NCBI GenBank assembly: GCA_964016885.1
Contig: OZ024753.1
Span: 1,860,001-1,924,000 of the forward strand
DNA: 64,000 nucleotides
From: Eledone cirrhosa
Lineage: Eukaryota
Reading direction: 5' to 3'
Below are positions 37,277 through 50,794 of the stretch, in pieces. Numbering within the stretch: position 1 is the stretch's first letter; each line of letters starts with the position of its first letter. Under the pieces are notes generated by a model. That model had not been told where the DNA came from and made no database searches. It saw only the letters and a list, made by a program, of their open reading frames with translations. Both the position numbers and the translations under genes were made by a program.

Positions 37277-39028
37277 CTGAAAAGAATAAAATATAAAATG
37301 AGCATTGGAAGATTTTAATTTAAATAGGAATCATTAAATATTTAGTCAAAAATATTGAAAAAGAAATGCTTTAAATGCTGGAAATGAGAGGAAGAGGAGG
37401 GAAAGGGCTAGGGTTATTAGGTAGCAAAAGAAAGAAAAAGGAAAAGCCAGAGGATGACAGACTCTACACCTAAGTTAGAGCAGTGTTTTGGCTGTGCCTC
37501 GCAGACAAAATGGCAAAGACATTTCAGCGGACAATGACCAGCGACATTGACAGCAACGACCACCCTACCGAGCAGGGCTCCTTCCTCTGATGGGCTGCTA
37601 TGTATATTAATGCTTTTATTATGTGTTTATGCATGTGTGAATATAGTCACACTCAGTTCACACAGAGAAATTCTAATACGTAACTTTATAATTAAATATA
37701 ATGAATATATCATAATTGCATGATCAGCAGCAACCAAGAGTAATCTTGGTAATAGATTAATTTCTTTAGTCAAAATACGGTGTAAGCTTATATTTCTACT
37801 TTATTTCAAACTTTGCCTGCTGTTTCAAAACAAACTTGCTATAACTAGATGCATCTATATAGAGGTGCAGACATGGCTATATATGTAGGCATGGCTTTAC
37901 AATCAAGTAGTTTTAGGTCCAGTCATACTGCATAGACCCTTAATTAAGTGTCTTCTAATATAGTCATGTCTTGTGATGGAGTTGTAAGGGTGCCATGCTG
38001 ACATACAGCAAATCTAGGGCACTTTAAACCATCTCTCTTGGTTTGTATACAACCAATTCCTTCCACAGGAGAGAGAATGAGACAAAGAAGAAGAATCAAC
38101 CCCAGTGTAAAGCTATTACTTTATTTTATTGACTGCGAAAGGTTGAAAAGCAAAGTTGATCTCAATGGGTTTTGAACTTATACCAACATAGAAAAGGCAT
38201 TAATATCACAATTTCCTGTTTTCTCTGCATTAAAAATGTCAGAAGCTGAAGTAAAAGTAATAAAAGATAATAGCATTAACACATTAACCAACTTTTCAGA
38301 GAAACGGAAGAATCCAGAATGTTCTTCAAACATTTAATAAAAATATATAAGCTTGTATAAACAAGAGATTCACTGCAGATGTTATCAAATATTTTTGGAG
38401 AATTGTCAAAGCTTCAAAAGCTTTTAGAAGATGGTATGATTTAATAAACTAAAATAGCTATAAATAAATAGAAAAGTACCAGTGACTTAGAAGTTTCATT
38501 TTAGTTATTTATTCTGGCTGCATTCTGTGATAGCAATAAAGGTTTTATATAGCATCATGTAGGTTAGGATAGTGGTAGGAGCATTAAAGAATCTATTTGT
38601 GATTGGTTGCCATATAGGTGTGTTTGTATTAATATGGTTGATAGTTCATTAGTCTAAATTAGGTGTCCAACCTCAAACAAATAAATTCTCTAACCTTCTA
38701 CCTTGACCTATATAAAGCTATGTAAGACCATTACAGTATTCTTAGAAAGTTCACCAGTATTGAGGGCTCATTCAGTTAATGTTTGAATGCTTTAAATACT
38801 ATGGTATTTTAAACACATTCTATCAGACAGATAGATAGATGGACAGAAGGATAGATAGATAGATATATCAATGCCACAAACTGATGTCAAGCTCTTGGTG
38901 AACCAAACTATTTATGAAGACGATTAATGGTCCGATGAGCAACAGAGCTATTTTATTTTACAAAATCTCTTAGTCAGCTTCTCTCATCTCTCTATATCTC
39001 TCTTCGTTTATCTATCTCTCATTATCAC

Positions 39029-39126
39029 CTAACGAAAGCCAACCAAGGGCAATCAAATCGTGTCTTAATTTCCTGAAGCAATTTTTCCATGCATTTTTTA
39101 TTGTTTGAAGGATTACATGTAGCCAT
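39029..39126 (-). CDS. KCNAB: Candidate alternative first coding exon of Kv-beta (MATCNPSNNKKCMEKLLQEIKTRFDCPWLAFV-R)
   Basis: ATG-initiated frame ending GTT AG|gtgata in phase 2, which joins A AAT TTG to give R-NLGKSG; 1.75 kb upstream of the first core exon; no homology support. Confidence 0.4.
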
Positions 39127-39617
39127 GGAGTAAATCATCAGCTGTGAACAAATAACTTTTACTATGTAGTGAGTATTTTCTTCCCCTTTCGAACACCCAA
39201 ATATATATATATATATATATATAATATATATATATATGTATGTATCTATGATTGTATTATAAGAATCATAAATATAAAATGACTGACCGAATATGCACAT
39301 ATGTTTTTTTGCTCCCCTTTTTTCCCTTCACCTTTCCTCAGTCCTTCCTCTTCTCACTCATTTCTTTCTATTTATCTTCTATTTCTAGCTCTTCTGGTGA
39401 AGGAATAGTGTTCAAAATGTTAAGACTCGTTTCCTGCTATTTCAAGTGTTAAAGATATTTCTTCAATGTACTGTGTCATTTGCTTCGTTATTTCTGTTTA
39501 CCTCTTATATACCTATATATACACAGGAAAAAACATCAATATAAATGGAAGGTGTAATTATTTATATATATATATATTAAGTAAGAATATTTTCGAAACA
39601 GCGAGTAGGTTTGAAAT

Positions 39618-39900
39618 TATTAGAAATGTAAGCTATCGCCGTATTTTAACTAAAGAAATTAAAGAAATTATTTAGCCTGATAGTGGGGTTAAGAACCCTC
39701 AGAGAAATGGAAAAATGGGGTGATGTGTTGGTGTAAATGGTACCACAGTGGTCCGGATAACCAAAGATGTGGGTTCAACTCCCATGTACGTCAATACTCA
39801 TCTTTTTCCATTTCTCCGAGGGTTCTTAACCCCACTATCAGGCTAAATAATTTCTTTAATATCTTTAGTCAAAATACGGCGATAGCTTACATTTATAATA
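39618..39900. repeat. Foldback (~90-bp inverted arms) with a tRNA-like sequence at the apex
   Basis: 39624-39715 is the near-perfect reverse complement of 39803-39894; part of the arm recurs near 37762-37798. Confidence 0.85.
39722..39793 (+). pseudogene. tRNA-like (tRNA-derived) cloverleaf, probably non-functional
   Basis: A-box TGGTGTAAATGG, T-arm GTGGG-TTCAACT-CCCAT, anticodon arm TGGT-CCGGATA-ACCA, wobble-rich acceptor stem GATGTGT/GTACGTC; lacks U33 and purine 37. Confidence 0.6.
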
Positions 39901-40000
39901 ATATATATATATATATATATATAACGAAGGAAATGTGGTAAGGAACCAGGTGGACCATAACGCACCAAAGTACTCAATACTTAGGGTAGTAGAGTGGGTA

Positions 40001-40080
40001 ATAGGAACAAGTAAGACCCCGACGGCTGAGCTCAAACCGTCGAAACGGCTTGAGCTCAGCCGTCGGGGGTCTTACTTGTT

Positions 40081-40085
<5 letters not shown>
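40001..40085. repeat. Near-perfect ~40-bp hairpin with CGAA loop
   Basis: ataggaacaagtaagaccccgacggctgagctcaaaccgt-cgaa-acggcttgagctcagccgtcgggggtcttacttgttcctat. Confidence 0.9.
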
Positions 40086-40118
<33 letters not shown>

Positions 40119-40169
40119 CATCATTTAATGTCTGTTTCTCCATCAAAATGATCATGATGATACATTCAG

Positions 40170-40630
40170 TTATATTATTACAAAGGACAATTATAAATTT
40201 GTAAGTTCTTTTATAGCAAGGAGGAACTCCTTTGATAAAGATAATAGATGAAATGATTGAAACAGATATTTATGAACCAACAAACTTAAAACAATACTTA
40301 CTGTTCACATCCTACCATCTTAAACATACAAGAGCATGTATTCCTTTTACTTTAGTGAAACAATTGTTTCAAACCAGAAAAACATGCCTCTATTTTAGTA
40401 AAAAGTGGAATTTAAATAAACCCAAAAAATAAACCCAAAGAAAACCCACATCCGTTTATATCAACATACAATCCAAGGGATATTCTAATTATAATCATAT
40501 TCATAGGAATCTACCCATTTCATAATATGATGAAAAAAAAATGAAAAAACTGTTGGAGAATGAAGTAATTATAAAGAGCAAATGACAACCAGATTAATTG
40601 AAATAATTATTCACAACTGCAAAGATTCAC
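40170..40630 (+). mobile_element. Penelope-like element RT remnant (degenerate)
   Basis: ETDIY-PTNLKQYLLFTSYHLKHTRACIPFTL resembles the PLE RT C-terminal motif TDIYxKPTxxxQYLxFxSxHPxHxxxxIP; frameshifted. Confidence 0.75.
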
Positions 40631-42574
40631 TAACAGATTCTGGAGTACTGGAAGTCGATTTAATCGACTTTCCCTTTACCCAAAAATTGTTGGCCTTGTG
40701 CCTAAATAAGAAACCAGTATTATGATTTGGAGTGGGGGTTAGCAGAGTTATTTATGTATCGGATAAAATGCATTACAGTGTTTTGTTATAACCCTCTACG
40801 TTCTGAGTTCACAAATAAATACTCATTTTGCATTATTTTCTGTTTTCTCCCATCTACTGTTGTAAGATGCATTTCATTGTTTCAAGGTTGATAAATGAAA
40901 CACCAGTCCCCTACTGTCTATCTCCTTGCCCCCTCTCTTCTTTTTTCCTCTTTCTCCATCTATTTTTTCCTCTCTTTCTCCCTCTTTCTCCTATTCTTTT
41001 TCTTCCTCTCTCTTTGGAAGAAATTGACTGTACTCTGGCCTTGAGACTGATGGCTATACTTTCTGTCAAGATGGTGCTGCTATGAGGAATTTATTGCCAA
41101 TTATTCTTTTACTTTGTATGGCCACAGTTTGACAAGCTATAGTTACCCACTTAAGCTCATTCTACAATATTAATTGGCATTTAGGCTCCTTACTGTTGCA
41201 TTAAAAATTACATAAAAAAGTTATCTTCCTGCATATTAAAATGCCTAAAAGTGACGACAAGCTCACAATAATTATTGAAAGTGAAATAATTAATTAAAAT
41301 TGAAGACATACCGACCACAATAATAAAAGACACACCTACACACACACGAACAAAAAAATTAATAAAGACATAACAAACTGTAAAGATACACACACATATA
41401 CACTACATATACACACAAAAATGTAAATACATACATGCACACAATTACAATAATCTATAATGATACACATATGTACATATAGAATATTTTGTAAAAATAG
41501 ATACACATACATACACGAAATAACTTGTAAAGGTACACCCATATATGAATAAGATAATCTGTAAAGATATACACACACACATATACACACAGTAATCTGT
41601 TTAGACACTCATACACATAATAATCATAAAGCGAGGAACATACAGAGTCAATCATGAATAATAAACTCTAAGGATACACACACTAGCATCTAAGAATACT
41701 CACACACAAACACACACAAAATCCAATTTCAGATTTATTGTATTAATAAATAGGATTTTAATCTTTATGGCGTCTCTCTAACTTGCAACAGACCTTCACC
41801 ATTCTTGTGTCTGCATCAAACCCATTTCACCATTCCCTAAGTATCAGACACCAGCTCCTGTAAGACGCTTTAGCCAATATACCACTATACAATAACAATT
41901 CCATTTTTTTTATTCTTACAGAGACAAAATGTCTGAAAATATATCCTACTGAAATACTAGATCAACACATTCGGTGTTTATAATCAAACATCAGACAAAA
42001 CATCTGTCATTCTGTGATTTTTATTTGATTCCATCAATCATCATTCTTTGAATCATATTCAATTTCTTTTAACTTGACTAGGCAGGGGGCCATTTTTCTC
42101 TGGAATGGAGATGTAGTCAAATGATTCGACCTCCAAACCGATTATTGGTAGTAGTTATTTTTTTTTTTATGGGAGAAATGAAAGGTAAAGTTGACCCAAG
42201 CAGGATATGAACTCAGAAGATAAAAGAAAAAAAGCTAAAATAGAGAAAATTCTTTGTTTTCAAAGGATTTTTATCCAAAGCATAAGTGTCAATAACTTAT
42301 CCGGGCAAGGCAGTAAATTGACCGAGTCATCAAGGTGTCAGATTAAAAATATTTCCACATTTGTTCCAGCTCACTATGCTCTGACAACTTTTGCCTTTCA
42401 ACCTTTCAAGGTCAATAAAGTATAAGTCCAGTACTGGAGTCAATTTTTCTTCTCTATCTCTTTCTAGCAGAGTCCACTAATGAAAAGGTGAGATTATATA
42501 AAAGTTTATTATTATCCTTTTTACATTTGTTTTCCCAATCTTGCAGGGGTTAGACAGGTATTTTCTAGCACCAT

Positions 42575-42925
42575 TTCAGAGACAATAACAAAATCAATTA
42601 TTGATCTTTGTCCCCGATTCCTCTTATACCATGCATATTTATGGATGTGTCTGTGCTGGAAGAAGATGTTCATAATAGAGAATTCATTGCTAGAACAGAA
42701 GTCTAATAAGGCCTCTGTATTCGTATTTAGATCAGAGTTACCATTCTTTCCAATCACTTCTTTCCATGTCAGGTGGTCAGTACCAACATGTGCATTGAAG
42801 TTTCCCATCAAGATATATGACAGTTTTAACTACACGTCTCTGTAGGTGGTGCAAGTTTATGTACCAAACAAGGAGTCTGAATACAGGTCCTTCCTTGATG
42901 AAGTCACTGCAACATTAGATGTAGA
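42575..42925. mobile_element. RTE apurinic endonuclease remnant in two opposite-orientation pieces
   Basis: Minus: MGNFNAHVG...LLDFC...IMNIFFQHR..HKYAW...SIIDFVIVS; plus 42846-42925: VVQVYVPNKESEYRSFLDEV. Confidence 0.8.
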
Positions 42926-43503
42926 GGATCATATAACAAAATACTGCAGCATATTTAATCCAATACACCAATGATGCTGCCAATCCACTGCCTTGATGCT
43001 ACTATATAGTAAAATTAAAAACACAAAGAATATTGTAAAAATAATTATTATTGAACATTCCAGAGTAATTTCCTGTTTTGCCAATGTTTTCTAGAAATAG
43101 TCTGAATAAATAAATTTATCTGCATTTTTCAAAGAAAATTATTTAAAAAAGAACAAAACTCCTCTTTCTCTAAGATAATCTTGGCTATTCAATTTAGGTA
43201 AGGACTAACACACAACCATAGCATTTCTACCAGATAAGAGCCAGAGTTAAAATTATGAAATACAGAGAAATAATTCACTGTAGCAATAATGTTAAGAATG
43301 AGATCATAGTTGTTAGTAGAAGATCTCTTTAATTAAATAGATTTGATTTTACATTTAGTGAGTTCATCTCACTGTTAAGAATTGATACCAGATTGTTGCA
43401 CATTTTTAAATGGCTAAAATATCTCTTCTTCAATGTAATTGCTTCAGACTAAATGAGAGACCATCATGATCACAGCTAATGTAAGAAAAACAAACCAAAT
43501 GTA

Positions 43504-43808
43504 CAGTAGAACCTCAGTTCATGAACACGATTCAAACCTGAAGGCCGTTCATTACCCAAAATATTCATAAACCAGAACCATTTTTCCCATACAGAATGTT
43601 GGGAGAGAAATACAGTGAGTGGGAGAGAGACACAGTATGTGAAAGACAGATAGATATCACCGTAGTAACTTACTACATAGCAAGTGATGCTTGCCTGTCG
43701 ATACTTCCAGCTTGTTGCTAACCATTTTTGCTGGCTTTTGTGTTCAAAACATCATTTGTGAACTGATATATTTGCGATGTGAAACGTTCGTGAGCTGAGG
43801 TTCCACTG
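43504..43808. mobile_element. Tc1/mariner (Tigger/pogo-like) MITE
   Basis: TA|CAGTAGAACCTCAGTTCATGAAC ... GTTCGTGAGCTGAGGTTCCACTG|TA: ~23-bp TIRs, TA target duplication. Confidence 0.88.
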
Positions 43809-44609
43809 TATTTATTAAAGGTGTAGAAACCAATAGAATCCATTGAGATTACTGCAATATATTTTGTGTCTACTTGTCTGTTATCTTTGTTTATTGAAGA
43901 TGATAAACATATGAGAATGATGAACTGAGTGATGCTCTCAAATATATCTTTGAAATAATCTTAGCAATGGCATAAACAGATACACTATATCTGGTTACTG
44001 TCATCTTAGCTGATGAAACTTTGCCTACTTAGCTGAGAGGGATATACAGACATAAATACATGTATATATACATGTATATGTGTGTATGTATATATGCATG
44101 TGTGTATGTATTCTTATTCTTTTATTTTCGAGTACATTTTTGACATATATATGTAAAAGGTAAACAGAAATAACAAAACAAACAGTACAGTTCATGGAAG
44201 AAATATATTAGTTTCATGCTTGAAATAGCAGGAAGAGAATCTTAATGTTTCATACACTAGTCCTTCATCAGATAATAGAGTTAGAAATAGAAGATAAATA
44301 GAAAGTAAAGAGCAGTGGGAGGGAAGAAATGGGGAAAACAAATTGGGGAGAAAAACACATGTGTATTCAGTCAGCCATCTTACATATGTTATATATCAAA
44401 ATTATATTTACACTGTCTATATATTTAATGCTTGGCTTATACTTGTTTTTCTATCTCTAAACACTTGTCTTGCATGCTATTCACATAGAGCACACTGCCC
44501 TCCTTGCTACTGGCATTTAATTCTCACAAACCAATCTCTACTCTCCTTCTGGATTGGATTGTACACACACACACATATATATATATATAAATATATTATA
44601 TATACACAC

Positions 44610-45210
44610 ACATGGTGGCTGCCAACTCGTTTTCGAGTACGGCCACTACTTTATATCCATGTAGGAGAACCCCTACCGATGCGCTGAACGAGTGTGACTT
44701 TTTAGTCCAGCCAGCGACTTGAAAACTCTGGTACAAACACTACACCTGTGACAACTATTGACACATAGTGCTGGGCCCATGGTACCATGTGACGACAAGT
44801 GCAGAGAGATCTCCAGATATAAAGCAATGCCTGTGCCGTGAAGCTTTTATAGTGAGCAAAGGCACTGCACAAAGCCAGTCCCACTCTCTTAACCAAGATG
44901 ATATTTACCAAAAAGAAGAACAAGTCAACATCATTGGATACCATCAGGGTTGCAGGTGTTATATCAGAGTTTTCCTTCTCCTAGAATTCTGCCTTGACAA
45001 AGGCTAAGGGGTCATCTCTCCCGGTGAATTTGGATGGCCATTGACTCTTAAGAGCTCCTTTGCCAGGTTTTGTTTTTAGTCCTGCAGGATGTCCAAAGTC
45101 ACCCTCCTCACCAAGAAACCTTGGTGGAGTTGCCAGTTTAGTCGCCAACGACCCGACCATGGGACAGGTTGTACTGGGATACATGTTACCAGTAGCACCA
45201 ACTGGTGACC
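44610..45210 (-). mobile_element. Internally deleted RTE-like element (structured 5' part joined to a C-terminal C2H2 finger and 3'UTR)
   Basis: CSVCTRVFKSLAGLKSHTRSAHR* (CxxC-x3-F-x5-L-x2-H-x4-H) near 44670-44745; GC-richer structured 5' part; flanked by TA/CA microsatellite. Confidence 0.6.
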
Positions 45211-45474
45211 TGACATACATACACATACACACACATACATATATATATATAAACATATTATATATACACACACATACATACATATATATATATAAACATA
45301 TATATACACACACATACATACATATATATATATAAACATATTATATATACACACACATACATACATATATATATATAAACATTATATATACACACACATA
45401 CATATATATAAACATATATATACACACACATACATATATATATATATAAACATATTATATATACACACACATAC

Positions 45475-45505
<31 letters not shown>

Positions 45506-46961
45506 GCATATCTAGATATTCTACTGGAATCACATATATATTCTAAAGAGAGAACAAACAATATTAGGACATTGTATCTGAGTGAGACTTGATGTTTAAA
45601 GTGATAAACGAACAATAGGCTTACAGAGGATGCTAAGATCCACATGAAGCATTTAATTTAAATTACAAGGAAATGAATGTCATATTGAATTCTGCTCTTC
45701 TTGAATTGTTAGAGATAAAATTTCATATAACAATTTATGGATGACTGGTTTGCAGAGAAATTCTTTGAAGGTTGTATAACTAATCCATGTTTTGCATACA
45801 GATGTAATTAGAAATTCTTGACTTATGCCTTCATAAGTATATTCTGCTATTATTCATTTATCATATGCATGCACAAATATTCTTATATATATGCACACAC
45901 ACACACACACACACACACAGATACACACAAATATACACACACAGACACATATCGATTAACGTCCATCTTCCACTCTTGCATGGGATATGCATATACAGAG
46001 AGAGAGAAAGGTATGTTTATACATTTTTATATATTCACACACACACACACACACGTGTGTGTGTGTAAATACCATATTTTATAGAAGTCAACTGTGGACT
46101 ATAAGTAAATGAACTTTTACAATACATGGTTTATATGTAAAAATTACATAAGCTATAGCTTATTCAAATTTCTTTACTAAGTGAGTAAATGCCACTGATC
46201 ATGATAAACATCCTGAAACAGACAATCTCACATGGCAACTGGCATAGCTGTGACATGATCACAGCTTAAAACAACCACAGTAAGGCTTATGTATGCATAT
46301 TATATATATACTTATTGTATATGTCTTCATATACATATCTACTAATACACACACACACACCAAGGAAAATGGAAATTAAATGATGATGATGATTTACAAG
46401 CTAGCATGGGTTGGATTGATTATCATGGTCTGAATATAGGTGCATGAAGAAAAAAAACTGTTGTGCAGGAGTGTCTGCTGGTTTCTTATAATAAAAGACA
46501 ATCTTGCCCAGGCCTGCATCTTAGAGAGGAATTTTCCAGATAGAAATCCGTTTTATCATGAAACATACACAAGCCCTAGAAATTGGAAACTGATAGTAAC
46601 TCAATTGAATTCAATATCTTTCCTTTTCAATAAATGACTTTCTAAAAGTGGCATATTAACAGTCATTAGAGTGCTGGATTGGATACTTTTAATATATGTT
46701 CTGCTTCTTTGTGCTGGGAGTTCAAATCCCACTGAGATCAACTTTGACTTTTCAATATTTGGGGGTATATGAGTAAAGAAACAGTTCAGAGTAATATATT
46801 GGTAGAATTGACCGTTGCTAACATGGATAACAGATATTAAATGATTGTGATGATGATGCTGATGTTAGAGAATGAGATGGGATGCTTCTTTGTGTCTGTT
46901 CTAGGCCAGTGAATTGTGAGATCAAATCCTGCTTCTTGTTATTGGAAAATCAGAACGACAC

Positions 46962-48600
46962 ACGAAATCTAACCTCACATGAAATGTAACCTCACATGCA
47001 ATCTAACCTCACATGCAATCTAACCTCACATGAAATCTAACCTCACATGAAATCTAACCTCACATGAAATCTAACCTCACATGAAATCTAACCTCACATG
47101 AAATCTAACCTCACATGAAATCTAACCTCACATGAAATCTAACCTCACATGAAATCTAACCTCACATGAAATCTAACCTCACATGCAATCTAACCTCACA
47201 TGAAATGTAACCTCACATGAAATGTAACCTCACATGAAATGTAACCTCACATGAAATCTAACCTCACATGAAATCTAACCTCACATGAAATCTAACCTCA
47301 CATGAAATCTAACCTCACATGAAATCTAACCTCACATGAAATCTAACCTCACATGCAATCTAACCTCACATGCAATCTAACCTCACATGAACTGTAACCT
47401 CACATGAACTGTAACCTCACATGAACTGTAACCTCACATGAACTGTAACCTCACATGAAATGTAACCTCACATGAAATGTAACCTCACATGAAATGTAAC
47501 CTCACATGAAATGTAACCTCACATGAAATGTAACCTCACATGCAATCTAACCTCACATGCAATCTAACCTCACATGCAATCTAACCTCACATGCAATCTA
47601 ACCTCACATGAAATGTAACCTCACATGAAATGTAACCTCACATGAAATGTAACCCCACATGAAATGTAACCTCACATGAAATGTAACCTCACATGAAATG
47701 TAACCTCACATGCAATCTAACCTCACATGCAATCTAACCTCACATGCAATCTAACCTCACATGCAATCTAACCTCACATGAAATGTAACCTCACATGAAA
47801 TGTAACCTCACATGAAATGTAACCTCACATGAAATGTAACCTCACATGAAATGTAACCTCACATGAAATGTAACCTCACATGAAATGTAACCTCACATGA
47901 AATGTAACCTCACATGAAATGTAACCTCACATGAAATGTAACCTCACATGAAATGTAACCTCACATGAAATGTAACTTCACATGAAATCTAACCTCACAT
48001 GAAATCTAACCTCACATGAAATCTAACCTCACATGAAATGTAACCTCACATGAAATGTAACCTCACATGAAATGTAACCTCACATGAAATGTAACCTCAC
48101 ATGAAATCTAACCTCACATGAAATCTAACCTCACATGAAATCTAACCTCACATGAAATCTAACCTCACATGAAATCTAACCTCACATGAAATCTAACCTC
48201 ACATGAAATCTAACCTCACATGAAATCTAACCTCACATGAAATCTAACCTCACATGAAATCTAACCTCACATGAAATCTAACCTCACATGAAATCTAACC
48301 TCACATGAAATCTAACCTCACATGAAATCTAACCTCACATGAAATCTAACCTCACATGAAATCTAACCTCACATGAAATCTAACCTCACATGAAATCTAA
48401 CCTCACATGAAATGTAACCTCACATGAAATGTAACCTCACATGAAATGTAACCTCACATGAAATGTAACCTCACATGAAATGTAACCTCACATGAAATAT
48501 AATCTTACATCAAATATAATCTTACATGAAATCTAACCTCACATAAAATGTAACCTTATATGAAATATAACCCCTAAAAAATGTAATCTTATTTGAAATA
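46962..48600. repeat. 17-bp minisatellite, ~90 copies
   Basis: Unit AACCTCACATGAAAT(C/G)T with block-wise variants. Confidence 0.97.
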
Positions 48601-48939
48601 TAACTCATATGAGGCCCACAAAATCTACGCTGGCATATACCATAACAACAACAGAAACAAACTTAAATATCAGGCTCTGCTAAAGATAGAAATTATTAAT
48701 ATCTTTTTTAGTGTTTACTGAACCAGTCTTTGAGACAATGTTATTGGAAGAGGCATTGAAATGAGATTATATAGCTGAGTGGACCAATCAAAAAGTTGGG
48801 GAATTACTGCAAGGAGTTATTTTCATTGATGTTCCTATTTTTCTTCTTTTTTACATACAAGAGAAATCAATAGAACCAAATTACTATTTACTGAATTTTA
48901 GGAGTTTGTAATGACAGTAGAAGAAATAGAACACAATGG

Positions 48940-49614
48940 GAAAATACACATACACACACCCCTATATACATACATAAATACATATATAAATACATACATA
49001 TATTTGTATGTATGTATATACATATGTATGTGCATACATTCATACACACATATATATATATACATATACATATATACAGAGATATATATATATATACTCA
49101 CACATACACATACGTACATACACACATATACACACAAACGTATATATATACACATACGTACATACACACATATACACACAAACGTATATATATACACATA
49201 CAAATGTACACATATATATATATACATACATACATACACACATACAAATGTACACATATATATATATATATATACATATACACACATACAAATGTACACA
49301 CACATATATATATACATACATACATACATACATACACACACATACAAATGTACATATATATACACACACACACACACACAAATGTACATATATATATATA
49401 TATATATACAAACGTACATACATATATATATATATATATATTTACAAACGTACATATATATATATATATATATATATACAAACGTACATACATATATATA
49501 TATTTACAAACGTACATACATATATATATATATATATTTACAAACGTACATACATATATATATATATATATACAAACGTACATACATATATACATATATA
49601 TATATATACAAACG

Positions 49615-49646
<32 letters not shown>

Positions 49647-49812
49647 CAAACGTACATACATATATACATATATATATATACAAACGTACATACATATATA
49701 CATATATATATACATATATATATATATACAAACGTACATAGATATATATATATACAAACATACATACATATATACATATACAAACGTACATACATATATA
49801 CATATACAAACG

Positions 49813-49854
<42 letters not shown>

Positions 49855-49894
49855 CAAACGTACATACATATATACATATATATATATACAAACG

Positions 49895-49935
<41 letters not shown>

Positions 49936-50515
49936 AAACGTACATACATATATACATATATATACAAACGTACATGTACATACATATATATATACAAACG
50001 TACATACATATATATATATACACCCACACATACACCCACACATATACATATATATCCACACACACACACACACTTTTCCATCCACAAATGTTTGACATAC
50101 ATAGTAAAAAGTAAAACTGTAACCGAGATAAAGATGAAAGGAATGGCTACTGATATAAAATGAATCTCATGAAGCTGAGCCTCATTATAGAATATTATTA
50201 ATTCTTCTCTATTAACTATTGAGAGCAGTTTAGCAAGAAGAGAAGAGAATTCGTTTATATGTATATATACACTTATATGTATATATACACTTATATGTAT
50301 ATATACACTTATATGTATATATACATTTATATATATATATATATGCATACATACATACATATATGCTTATATACACACACACACATTTATATATGCATAT
50401 ATATATATTATATATATAAATATATATATTATATATATTAATGTATATATATTCTGGAGTTTTGGTATTGAGTACTCCTTTCTCTCAGCCGTCAACCACA
50501 GACCGATATATATAT

Positions 50516-50559
<44 letters not shown>

Positions 50560-50640
50560 ATATTATATATATATATAATATTATATATATATATAATATA
50601 TATAATATTATATATAAACACACACACACACACACGTTTA
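48940..50640. repeat. (TA/CA)n compound repeat with recurring TACAAACGTACATACA module
   Basis: Direct inspection. Confidence 0.93.
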
Positions 50641-50794
50641 TATAAGTGTATCAATATGTTTATGTCTATATGCAGTAGAAGAGCTTTCATGTCTGCCTCT
50701 CTCTACCTTTTTTATTTTCTTGTTCATCATTCCACTTCTTTGACGTTTCTTTGTTGACTCTTATCTATATTCATCCTTCCTACCATCCTCCTTA

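Noticed and set aside
48898-50360. Long Y/I/H/T-rich ORFs (also 3035-4127, 16613-17256)
   Set aside because: Translations of TA/CA microsatellites.
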